From Antedon mediterranea (taxonomy: Eukaryota > Animalia > Echinodermata), in NCBI RefSeq assembly GCF_964355755.1, contig NC_092672.1, positions 14,880,001 to 14,944,000 on the forward strand: a stretch of DNA of 64,000 nt, written 5' to 3'. Position 1 is the first letter of the stretch; each line of letters begins with the position of its first letter. Below, one piece after another: positions 26,473-38,100 of this stretch. The position numbers and the translations under genes are program-made. The notes under the pieces are model-generated. The model was not told the DNA's origin. It saw only the letters and a list, made by a program, of their open reading frames with translations, and made no database searches.

Positions 26473-26988
26473 GTTCGAGTCTCGGTTGGGTCGACTTTTT
26501 CTCATTCTCACAGATTTCCTCATCTTTATCGTTTCAAATTAATTTATTAAATTACAGTATATCACCGGGTGGTTTAGAATTAATGTTCTTTGCCTCTTGT
26601 GTTTATATATATAAAAGTATCTCTTTGGAGATCCCGCCTCGTGAATAAAAATACTGAAAGATGAGGGCGTATCAATTTGATCTCTGTTGCGCGTGCGTAC
26701 AACTGAGGACTAGCGCTGTTCCGCCGTAACACGCCGAGAATGTTAAAGAGTCGCTATCCAATCGAGTTTGAACAATACCATGAAAGCCCCAGTGGTCTAA
26801 TGGTTAGGACATCTGCATATCAAGCAGGCGGTCCGAGTTCGAGTCTCGGTTAGGGCGACTTTTTCTCATTCTCACAGATTTCCTCATCTTTATCGTTTCA
26901 AATTAATTAATTAAATTTCAGTATATCACCGGGCGGTTTCGAATTAATGTTCATTTCCTAATGTGTTTATATATATATATATATATAT
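26473..26988 (+). mobile_element. tRNA-containing non-autonomous element in partial tandem, copy 1
   Basis: 3' segment 26473-26610 is repeated at 26837-26970; each ends in (TA)n; second copy at 59197-59630 (-). Confidence 0.75.
26786..26857 (+). tRNA. tRNA-Asp-like cloverleaf (anticodon ATC) inside a repeat; probably not a functional tRNA
   Basis: 72 nt; A-box TGGTCTAATGG, B-box GTTCGAGTC, TCTGC/GCAGG anticodon stem, T5 run immediately downstream. Confidence 0.6.
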
Positions 26989-26989
26989 T

Positions 26990-28826
26990 TAGATTTATTC
27001 TAAACAGCAATATATACTACACACAGGCAAAACGCCTACTAAAGCTCATTTACGAGAACTGGTCATGTTGATTTTAACCAACAACAATTTTATTTTTGGA
27101 AATGACTATTACCTTCAAATTCATGGCACAGCAATGGGCACGAAAATGGCGCCATCTTTTGCAAATTTATTTATAGGACAATTTGAGGCCAATTTTCTGT
27201 CCCTCCAACCTATCTTCATGATCGGGACCCATGGTGAAGATAATTTGGAATCTCTTCTTTCAATATTAATTCAGCCCACCCAACTATCAAATTTACAGCT
27301 ACCAAATCCACTCTAGTAGCGTTGACTTTTTGGACACTATAGTGACCATAGAAAATGGTACACTCAAAACTGACCTATTCCGTAAACCTGCGGATAAAAA
27401 TATATCGTACAGTCAAGCATTACGTATCAAACGTATCTGTTCTTCAGATTTAGATTTTCAGAATCGTACTGAAGAACTAACCGGACATCTCCGGAATAAA
27501 ATTACAAGAAGGAATACATCGAAACTGCTATAAAGAAAGCAAAAGATATTCCTCAATGTCAAACACTGACGTACAAACCACGTCAGTTAAAAATTCGACC
27601 TATCAACCTAGGTTGCCTCCATTACCGGCTATTATTAAGAAAAATTATGCCCATACTAGTCCACAGAACGTCTCAGGACTGTTTTCCCGGAACCACCCAT
27701 TATTGCATTTCGTAGACCTCCCAACCTTCGTGATATATTAGTCGGATCGAAATTTAAGAGTGAAATTAACTCTCATGACAGCCAAAATTTGGGCAGTCAC
27801 CTTTGCGGCAAATCTTGCAAAACTTGTTCATTGGTTGATTCTACTGAAAAATTTAAGAGTAACCAACCTGGCCGCATTTTTCGGATAAGACAATCAATTA
27901 ATTGTCTAACCACAAACGTCATTTATCTCATATACTGTAATATTTGTGGCAAACAGTACGTCGGAGAAACAAAAAACACTCTCCGTATGAGAATGACCAT
28001 AGAGATATTATAGTGAACTATAATATCTCTATGGAATGACACAACACAGATCAGCTATCAAAACATTAAAGCTTGATCAACCTGTAGCCGAACATTTTAA
28101 TTCAGCTGGTCACTTGATTGCAAATTTCAGAGATATTGCAATAGACCACGATGTCAAATGGAGCGACAAAACTCGCAAAGACAAACCACTGGAAAGTATG
28201 TAATATTTATTTCACATAAATGTGTACATATTATAACAATTCATTTAATAATGGTGAAATAGGCACTTTGCTAATAAGCAAGCTTTTACATGCAGAGCCC
28301 TTACATAAAAACAATGAAAAATAAAACAAAACAAAAAGTCAGAACTACAAAAAGGAGCAATTAATTTTAATAACAACTTAAAACCACAAAACCTTTTGGA
28401 CTTAACATTAGGAACATACTCCCAGATCGGTAAAATTATTCCATTGACTACCAAAATCTAAGTTTCAATATTAACCACCATTTAAGCTGTTTTATAGTTT
28501 CATTCCAAAACTGTTTATATCTCTACCAAGCTACCTTCTTTGTTTTCTACTCTTATTCAGACTCCATCCTGCCTCCTTTTGTTGTATTTCTTTTACTCCT
28601 GTCCACCCAGGCAGCACTTGCCAGCTCTTATACAATGACGTTATCCAAATTCCTTTGACTTGCACTGATGAAGGGCTAGTTTTGCCCGAAAGCTCTGCTT
28701 ACTTTTCTGACTGTTTTACTTATCGTGTTGATTTAGCTTTTCGGTTTTTTTTTTGTATCTGCATTGAGATCCAGCTACTAATACCCACAGCATTGTAATT
28801 TTTCAGTAATTTACCTTTGGATTTAT
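26990..28826 (+). mobile_element. Penelope-like element B, degraded, copy 1
   Basis: YLQIHGTAMGTKMAPSFANLF, YSQALRIKRICS, CKTC, QYVGETK; (TA)n at both ends. Confidence 0.88.
28661..28699 (+). ncRNA. Minimal hammerhead ribozyme (PLE B)
   Basis: GCA-CTGATGA-A-GGGC-loop-GCCC-GAA-AGCT-C-TGC. Confidence 0.82.
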
Positions 28827-28965
28827 ATGTATATACACATATATATATATATATACATCATCTGTAAATTATAGAAACAGTGCTCATATTCGGTACATGA
28901 TCTCATTATCGCGTCGAGCATAGCTCATTGGCGAAAGTTCCGTATTTTTTAGTTGTATGAAAAAA

Positions 28966-29037
28966 TGTCTCTGGCGGGATTCGAACCTGCAACCTCTTGC
29001 TTATAGGGCGAGTATCAAACCACTAGACCACAGATCC
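28966..29037 (-). tRNA. tRNA-derived sequence (SINE head or pseudo-tRNA)
   Basis: Minus strand TGGTCTAGTGG A-box and GGTTCGAATCC B-box; imperfect stems. Confidence 0.6.
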
Positions 29038-29309
29038 ATATATGGTATTTTCACAGATTTTCACCCACCAGATACATTTTCTCGCCCTTACAATCAGTAG
29101 AGACTTAACAAGTCAGAATAAATTCCAACTTTAATACGCATTTAAGAAGTGTGCCCCTGTTTCAAAAGTGTAGCTTCCAAATAAATTATTATATAATTTA
29201 TATCAACATTGCCAATATCAATAAAATAAGGATTGTTAAACACCTTGATAAATACCAAAAAAATGTATATGAATTTGGCCTAAAGTGAGACGTTTCGGCC
29301 TACAAATAA

Positions 29310-31200
29310 TAATGATAATTTAGGTATTTGTATAGCGCCAGTATCAACTAAACCAAAGTAAAAATCAAAGGCGCTTGTATTAGATGTTTAAAAGATGCGT
29401 TTTAAGTTCTTTAAAAAAAATAGCAATAGATTATTGATTCAGTAATATATCAAGACAGATAATTCCAAAGAGAAGCAGCAGAGAACATAAAAGACTATTG
29501 TCCATGCATAGGATTTGGTGTTTATTCTAGGAACAACCAGGAGGTTTTAATCAGCCGAACGAAGACAAGACAAGCAAGAGGGATGTATGAGGGAAGAAGA
29601 TTAGGGGCATTTATTAATGTAGCGGTAGTACGCTTTGACCGATACTTTCGAATGCGCTGCAAGCAATGTTACGTAGATGAAAGTTAGTAGTTTTCGTAAC
29701 ATTACTTTATGGTTGTTAAAGGATAATAATTCATCAAAATAAACCCCAAGATTGTTAACAAAAGGTGATGGCAAAATTGTACAGGAATTGAAAGAAATCG
29801 AATTTAGAACGTTGTGTTTGGTGGAAAAAATGATAAATTCGGTTTTAGTACTGGATAAGCAAGAGCATGTTGGATGATAGCCAGGATGATATTTTAGAGA
29901 GACAGCTTTCAAGTCGTTTAGTTATATCATGAGATTCAGAAGGATCAAAATCGATATATAGCTGTAAGTCATTAGCATATATAAGGACAGGGGCGGACGC
30001 AGGGGTGTTGTTGACCCAGTTGTCCGGGCAGCACCCTAAATTTCATACTAAATGTTTTTTTCTGCCACTAATTAAAATTTAGATCCCATTTAATCATATT
30101 ATATAATTAACTATTAACGTTATAGAAGTCCAGGTTTAGAAATGACTATAGGCCTATGTAAATTAACAGACTGAAGCGTAAAATTAACCAGCAGTCAACA
30201 ATACCGTGCATAATTTACCGGGGGTCAGCGTTTTTGTTGTTTGTTGACTGTTTGGATTGCTTTTGTCTATATGTTCGTGGTAAATCCCGTCATATGGGTC
30301 GTTCAATTCTCCATTAATCATTGCATTTTGCCAGGGATTCTCCATCATTTAAGTATTTCCATAGTACCAAATATCTTCATTTCCCTACGTCCGTAATATT
30401 TGGGCGAATTTCCGTAATAATTACGACGGACGCTAAAAAAAAAAACAGTGTTTAATTGCATTTTTCTGAAAATTTTGGTCATATTTTCTTTTCTCGAGTG
30501 TGGTTGTACAAACAAAATAAAATGTAATAGTTAATTATATCTCAACAGTAGGTTATAATAGTAAATAACGATTATTTACCTGACGTTTCGCCCACAGTTG
30601 GCTTTCTCAAACTGTGGTTGTACAGTTTATAGTGGATAAATGAAAAAATGAATTTTGGATATTGGGGTTTTATTTAGCATTTATTTCAATATAATACAAT
30701 ATAACGTTTGCATGCTCAATATATTTATAGCAGCAGCTTCACATTTTGTTACAAAATTGTTTTAATTATTAATTGATAATAGGCCTAAATAATTTGTATT
30801 AATTGATTTTAATTGCTAGAAATTATTACATTACGGAAGTACCTTCGTCGGGCACCTCCTCTGACATTCGCATTGAACGCAAAAAATGTTATCCTATTGT
30901 TTGTCGCTTGTGTTTTACCGGCAGAAAAACCTGGCGTGATACGGGGGAGGGGGGTTGTAGGGTGCTGTGGCGCAAATACTCAGTATAGTATCTATACGGC
31001 CCTCTGAGGACTCTTGGACAACCCTTTTAAAATAGTCCTGTAAAATAATTTCAGTAGGCCTAAGAGGGGAAGATACAGAGAAAAAAGCAAGGATAGAACC
31101 CTGTGGAACTCCGTATTCTAAATTCTTGGGAGCAGATCTAGTCACCAAGTATCATAATCATTTCCAGACATTTCTATTTGAAATAAAATTTTGTTTTAAT
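29310..31200 (-). mobile_element. Degraded L2-type LINE fragment split by an insertion
   Basis: YGVPQGSIL at ~31100; YANDLQLY, KTEFIIF, NLGVYFD at 29600-29985; 3' end near 29310. Confidence 0.7.
29988..31045 (-). mobile_element. hAT-like non-autonomous element, family copy 2
   Basis: CAGGGGCGGACGCAGGGG terminus; inverted homology to 2851-3560. Confidence 0.65.
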
Positions 31201-32389
31201 ACCTTATTCATTTGTTTTATTATTGATTGAAAGAAAGAAAATAAATGTTTACGTTGAATTGAATTGAATTGAATTGAATTGAATTGAATTGAAGGTTAGA
31301 ATTTAATTGCGACGTATAAAAAAGGGCCGAACGTAATAGAGAAAGAGCCGAATAAAAAAGCGCCGAATGATGAAAGAGCCGAAGGCAGCCATGGAACGCT
31401 ATCGCTGCCTCCGGCAGCAAACTTTAATTCTATTCGGCTCTTTCAGCATTCGGCTCTTTTTTATTCGGCCCATTTAGCATTACGTTCGGCTCTTTTTAAT
31501 TCGGCCCTTTTTTATTCGGCTCTTTCTGCATTACGTTCGGCTCTTTTTGATTTGGCCCTTTTTTATACAGCGCAATTAAATTCTAACCTTTTACATGAGG
31601 TCAAATGGAAGAAAATCAACGGCTGGAAATGAGTCTATGAAATGTTTACAAAACATATAGATGCAGCATGTAGAGTGTTTGGTTGGTTGAATTAAATGAA
31701 TTTGAAGGCTATTTCAATAGGAGTAATCATTTTATTGACATGATTAATGTGTTAGAGAACTTGCAATTGTCCCACCTTATTGACCATTTTGAGAGAGAAA
31801 TGGTTTGATTTATGGCCTAGGCTAGCTAGGCCTAGTGTCAGCCTAACATTTAATAATAATAATTTACCCTTTCTCTCTCAAAATTTGTTAAAAGATGAAT
31901 TAATTTTAGGTTATTCAACACATCTTTAATCGGTTGGCTACTCATGGTTGGCGCCATGACATCTACTCATTTCCAGTCGTTGATTTTCTTCCATTTGACC
32001 CCATGTCAAAGGTTACATTTTAATTGCGCGATATAAAAAAATGCCGATTTAAAAAGAGCCCAACGTAATGCAGAAAGAGCCGAATCAAAAAGGGTCGAAT
32101 CAAAAAGAGCCGAACGTAATGGTAAATGGGCCGAATAAAAAAGAGTCGAATGCTGAAAGAGCCGAACGTAATGGTAAATGGACCGAATAAAAAAGAGCCG
32201 GATGCTGAAAGAGCCGAACGTAATGTAATTAATTAATGTAATTAAATTTTTAAATGAAATGATATGTCTACTATATTGGTATATATTCTTGTTATTTGTT
32301 ATTTATGTGTTGGAGAGACACACCTTACCGGTGACAGCGTTTGTTTAATGCTTTTGTCTTTCCTCGGCCTCGTGTCTTGTTTTTCATAT

Positions 32390-33310
32390 ATATATATATA
32401 TATAAATAAATGAAAGACGCTAGTAAATTACCAACTGAACATTATTGCACTACAGGCTGTTTCATGAGTATGAACTCAATCTTCAGGTGCTTGGCTCTGA
32501 ATGATAGTCACAAGTGAATACAAAAAGCTATAATGAAGTCTTAAGGCAAACTGTTTATGTGAACAATAGTATGCTAATTAGCAAGTACACCACATCTCTA
32601 TTTCCTGGACAGTCTATTGTTAACCAAATTCTTATTATCTAAATTACTGATACTTTAGTAGAAACTTTCTCCTATGTCTACATGCACTGACTAATTCGTT
32701 CCTATGGTTAAGTGAGCTGGTTTCAGGCTTGCATATAATATAATACTTCTCTTGTAAGCATAGATTACACCGTTTGTTAACATTGGAATATGGTTTACAC
32801 TTCTTTATTATTCGCCATTTAATGTTATACTTTATGTTATCATCTTTTAGCTTCCAGATGTACTGGCTAAGCGTTGTGCTGTTTTTGTATTTAACATTAC
32901 GGAATGAACTATTGTGTGCGTTATATCTGCATTTAAATGTGTTTTCGGTTAGTCAGACATATGTTTCAACTTTATCATCATCATTTGTTGTTACTGTAGC
33001 CTGATAAACAACACCACTGGTTAGGCATTTCCCATCTAATGGGCATTCATTTCGACAGTTGCATTGCTTGATGTTATCACAGGGCATATCATTACGTAAT
33101 ACATTTTTGTTGTGGGCCGATATTACAGACCCTATATTAGGCATACAACTATAGCTGATTTTAATGGTGTTTCTATTAAATATTTTTCTTAGCTCATGGT
33201 TATGTGGAAAACATTCATCTACAGTCTTTAAGAACTCGTGCCCTATTTTGGTTTTCACGTTGGCACTGTAAGGCGGGTTGAACCAGATGATATTTCTTTT
33301 CCTTGTCTTC
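32390..33310 (-). mobile_element. Penelope-like element C (Naiad-like), 3' fragment
   Basis: [53 protein letters not shown]; flanked by (TA)n. Confidence 0.85.
32447..32490 (-). ncRNA. Minimal hammerhead ribozyme (PLE C)
   Basis: GCAC-CTGAAGA-T-TGAG-loop-CTCA-TGAA-ACAGCCTGT-A-GTGC. Confidence 0.7.
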
Positions 33311-33708
33311 TATATATATATATATATTTTTATGTTTTTTTTTTGTAATTATTATTTTATGTTTATTGCCGAAATGAATAAAATAAAATAAAAATAAAAT
33401 AATGGTAAATGGGCCAAATAGAAATGCGCCGAATGCTGAAAGAGCCGAACGTAATGGTAAATGGGCCGAATAGAAATGCGCCGAATGCTAAAAGAGCCGA
33501 ACGTATGGTAAAAGAGCCAAATAGAATTAAAGTTTGCTGCCGGAGGCAGCGATGGCGTTCCATACACTACTAGGCGAGCTATATCAGTATTTGGTTTTAT
33601 CAAAGAACTTACAACACACAAGAATCTCCTGTTCGTCCGAAGCGCGTAACAATTTCGAAAGGCATTGTGGGATAGAATAAAGCTATGGGTGGAGCCATTG
33701 TGAGCCAT

Positions 33709-33963
33709 GGAGTAGGGCGCCCGCATCAAATTAGAAAGTCAAAATCATAGAGGGGATCTGCTAATGCTCTAGGGGGATAGAGTAATTGACTGAGGAGTAG
33801 GGCGCCCGCATCAAATTAGAAAGTCAAAATCATAGAGGGGATCTGCAAATGCTCTAGGGGGGATAGAGTAATTGACTGAGGAGTAGGGCGCCCGCATCAA
33901 ATTAGAAAGTCAAAATCATAGAGGGGTTCTGCTAATACTCTCTAGGGGGTAGAGTAATTGACT
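33709..33963. repeat. Three ~85-bp tandem repeats
   Basis: Units start GGAGTAGGGCGCCCGCATCAAATTAG at 33709, 33794 and 33880. Confidence 0.92.
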
Positions 33964-34000
33964 TCCTAGTTTGGAGGGGGCGCTGCTCCATGCTGTGAAA

Positions 34001-34823
34001 CAGAGCCATATATATAAAGAGTTACGACATTGAAAATTAGAAGCCATTTTTGTGTCAAAGAATTCGCACGCTGAGGGCGCGCGCGTCTCTTTTGTATAGC
34101 GTTTTCCTGTAGTTCCATGCATTATTTTTAGATTTTGTTGTCAATGAAATAACGCTTAGATTCCGTTTTTATTTTAGTAAATAAAGTTATTAATGGTATT
34201 AATTTGGTAACATATATATATATTGTGTCTATAATAACAAAAGAATAAATGCTAGGGCCTACATGCAAATCAGGATACATCAAAGCATGAACCAATACAA
34301 AAAACACACAAATTCACCCCTCTTTTTATACAGTATATGGCTCTCTATGTGTTTTTGACACAAGCTTTCAGAGACTCGTTCATCATTTCATTTGTAATAA
34401 TTTGCCTTTATTATTTTAATATTGTTCATACCCTATTCAATATATTAACAAATATATCCACGACACTTTATTATTTTATTTAGTCATCAAAGCATGCATT
34501 ATGAATTGAAAATATTACATAATTGTTATTAATAGGACGTAGTTATGGGATGTTTTGTTCCAAAATCAATCAATCGAACGTTATAATGTACTAGCGCACG
34601 CGCGCGCAATATTCTTTGGCGCAAGTACTTCTGTACGCTGTGCACATCGATATTTCATCGTAAAATGTGCAATTACATTTTTTTTAATACAAGAAAAAAT
34701 TGAAAGTATTTTGTTGCTCCTATACTTTACATGCATTAATGCAGACAAGTTTGACACATTTTGATCTGCATATCACGTGACTATAATCCAATGTCGTAAC
34801 TCTTTATATATATAATGGCTCTG
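34001..34823. mobile_element. hAT-like MITE with 8-bp TSD
   Basis: TIR CAGAGCCAT(AT)nAAAGAGTTACGACATTG; TSD CTGTGAAA at 33993-34000 and 34824-34831. Confidence 0.88.
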
Positions 34824-34988
34824 CTGTGAAATGCATGGCGTCGCCCAGTTTGACCTTTTAACCCTGTACTTCCGATACTGTGTTTTGAATGCAAATTGAA
34901 GAACAGGAGATTCTTGTGTTATAAGTTATTTGGTTTTATTAGGAGTCGACATAGGCCTATAATAGTGTGTGTGGAAGTGCAAAAAATA

Positions 34989-35042
34989 ATGAATTCCTCA
35001 CTTTACAACTTAGAGTCAAAATTTAAAAGTATTTTTGCCAAG
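34989..35042 (+). CDS. Candidate Scm3/HJURP-family CENP-A chaperone, exon 1 (MNSSLYNLESKFKSIFAK)
   Basis: ATG at 34989, donor AAG|GTATGA at 35043, phase 0; splicing to 48963 builds a continuous Scm3-like motif; no in-frame ATG back to the upstream TGA at 34851. Confidence 0.7.
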
Positions 35043-35147
35043 GTATGATTTAATGTTTTAGGTATTCTAGGCGCCCGTCTAGGCATATAGACTAATCATA
35101 TTAACCGTAAAACAGTGACGAATTCTTCAACCTGGCCTAGGCTAGGC

Positions 35148-38100
35148 GGTTTACATACAGCCGAAACGGCCGCCGACTGAAACGGCCGCCAATTAAAACA
35201 CAATTGAATGTATGAAACGCCGCGTGTGCCGTTTGTCATACAACATGTAATCAAAACGACGTATGGTTTAAAACAATAGACACGTTTCGCGCTCGCGAGG
35301 TCAACGTCAGTTTGACCTTTTAGTGGGTATACAATGGTAAACAAACACAGCGAGAGGTATGTTAAAGCATGGGACACGTATGTTCGCCGCAATGCAAATT
35401 ATAGGTAATTGCTGAGAAGGTAAAACTATAGAGGGCGTCGAAGCAACCAAGCGTGTAATTAGAAAATTTTCGCACGAAACTTTTTGGACGACGCGCGGTA
35501 ACTTGACGATCATTCATACATTTAAAAGACCTAAAATATGTACACAAACTGCTCTATGATATTAAGCATTTAGCTTTTTTCATTTTTGAAATTATATTCT
35601 TTAGAAATGTGAAGATTTTAAAAATATTGATACAATATTTAAAATACTATCAAACTTCAAACATATCAATGCAAATGACAACAATAACACAACAACGCTA
35701 CGAGAATTTCGGAAGTAAAACGAGTCGTTTAAAATGTTAAATTGTAATTAATCTGAAGTTTTCCCAGATATGCAGTGTGTCATATCATTTTATTTAGATA
35801 TCATTTAATTTAATTCCAATTAAAATTATTAGGAGGTAATTACTATATTAGAGCATCATTTAACTGAATTTCGGCTATTTTGACACATCAGAATAGACGT
35901 GCCTATGTTAAAGCATAGGCGCGTCGCGCGTGGCGCGTCTTAAGGCTATTTATAGAGGCTTGAATATACCTAATTTTGTAGGCTTTACATACTTTTATTT
36001 GTAATTTAAAGACATAAAGCTGTATGACTTTATGAAATTATGCCAGACGGGCATTGTATATATTGTTACTTTCTATTATTTTCATTTTTGCATTTATTTT
36101 AAATACAGTATATGAATACTGTGTAGTACAATACGAGGCCTAGGTATTTCATGATTATAATAAATTGACACAACAGGCCTTATATTTATTATTTATAATC
36201 ACATTTTTTTTTATTATAAAAACATTTTGGTAAAATTAAATTACAGTACAGTAGTATGTTTAAAAGTCATTATTTTAACTTTTATATTTATTAGGCCTAG
36301 TAGTTATTATTTCAGAATGGATAAATATACTAGCAAAACACAAGTACTGTATGTGATTCACACTATGTAGAACATAATTGTGATTAAAAAGACAGTAAAT
36401 GAGCATAATTTTCTATCAACAAGTCAAAGTTGTCTCAGATTCCAAATCCATTCCAAAGTAACCATCTGATCATCAATTTGATGTATGTATGAGGAGTATC
36501 TGGCAGCATAAAAACTAGTTGACGATCATATCCAGGCCGGTCATTTTTTTTATCATATTCACCAGGAAAAGTACTTCATCCAATAGTACTTATTGCATTT
36601 CTGTTAACTCTAGAAATATCCTTAAACAATAAAAGAATTGTTGTTTGTTACTCATTAGTTATAAATTTTCCATTGTATTTTAATTGTATGCAAACAAAAA
36701 GAATAGAATAAAATATGTGTTACCTCTAACTATAATGGAATAACCCAAACCTAATGTTGTATAACAAAATACAGATTATACTATTATCAAAGACGGGTAG
36801 GTCACTGTAATGATTTTAAGGAGCTAAAATCGTATTATTGTATAATTAATTAATAACAATATAAAAATACTAATATTAACGTTAAAATTATTGCGAAACA
36901 TTAGTTCTTTAAAATTTCTAAAGCTAGTGAAGAATCCAAGTATATTCAATAACGAAAAGTGTTAATCAGACAAAGAGAGGCCTAGCCTAGACTAGGCCTA
37001 CGTACATGTTTTTCCAAAATATTACACGTGGTAGCTAGCCTCAACTCGATATAAACTAATTTAAAATAAGATAATGTAATTCACATTACCTTAAATAGCA
37101 TTTAACCAACTTTAGTGTGTTTGGTTGATCACTAGCATATTCAAAACAACCGTATTTTAGGGGGAAAATAGTGATTTTTTATCACTTTCTCCACCTTTAT
37201 CTCGTCGCCCCATCAATTACCTCCATAATGCTTTCAAAATACATAACAAGGTCAATCTCTCATGAATATGTATGAGAATATCTGACCTCTCAAAAAACTT
37301 TTGAATTTTTTTTATAGATGTTTGAAAATTACATGATTTTTGGCGTAAAATTTGAGTGAAATTTGAGTGAAAGTTAACATAAATAATAGCTATACTGTGT
37401 TTTATATTTTTATTGTATTTTTAGATATATTGAATAATAAAGTTTAAAGGAAAATAAAATAACTTGTTTGAAGGTCATAACTTTATAGAAAGGTTATGTA
37501 AAATGCCAGGTCATTTGTTGATCAAAATGTAATCGACCGTTACGCGAAAATAAACAACTGCGCGTGTGGCTTTTAAACGGTGCGTGGTCGCACATGCGCA
37601 GAACCAATTTCATTCGGGAACGTACGTGGGGAGAACTGAGAGATGATCATCTTAAAAAGCAATCGTCAAAACTAGCCTTTTGATGGAATGGCATGGTAAG
37701 GATGTTATTTATTTTCTAAACTTATGTTTTATATTCACTGTAGAATTATTTGGGCATTTGGTTCGGAATCATCGACTTTATTTATGTATTGTCATTTTTG
37801 GTTTGACATATATAATTACGGTGCATTACATGTTAACTGTTGATTTTATTTACAAATGTTGCGTAAATATATTAATTATTATCTTTCATTCTTCTTCATG
37901 TTCCTATTGCATCTTCCATGTATTATGTGATGTTCTTCGGCGCTTAAACAGACACCCAAGCCTCCTAGGCCTAGTAGACCAAGTACCGCATCATCAGGCA
38001 ACGCCACCGGGCGGGCACATCGTGGACGTACCTTTCCTTGAAAAATTTCCAAGATTTTGCGCCACTATACTTCGGAGCCGACGCAAACCACTCAGCAAGT

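Larger units (their letters stand above)
31392..33561. mobile_element. Foldback element with long TIRs and AAAGAGCCGAA subrepeats, interrupted by a Penelope copy
   Basis: GGAACGCTATCGCTGCCTCCGGCAGCAAACTTTAATTCT mirrored at 33523-33561; inner arms 31570-31640 and 31965-32030 are inverted; extra arm fragment at 31292-31385. Confidence 0.75.

Noticed and set aside
26786-26857. Bona fide tRNA-Asp(ATC) gene
   Set aside because: Mismatched acceptor stem, anticodon not normally used, and embedded in a repeated unit with diverged copies
32953-32955. In-frame TGA in the Naiad-like PLE as selenocysteine
   Set aside because: The frame stays open afterwards, but the TGA replaces the conserved Gly of YVG (GGA to TGA), not a Cys; best read as a nonsense mutation
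33556-33566. ATGGAA in the inverted leader copy as evidence for an ancestral upstream start codon
   Set aside because: GGAACGC belongs to the foldback terminus, so the match to GTGGAA at 34971 may be coincidental
36410-37215. Possible two-exon minus-strand gene (MGRRDKGG... / DISRVNRN...) inside the nested element
   Set aside because: Splice-like signals are present, but there are in-frame stops and no recognisable homology; at most a decayed TE cargo
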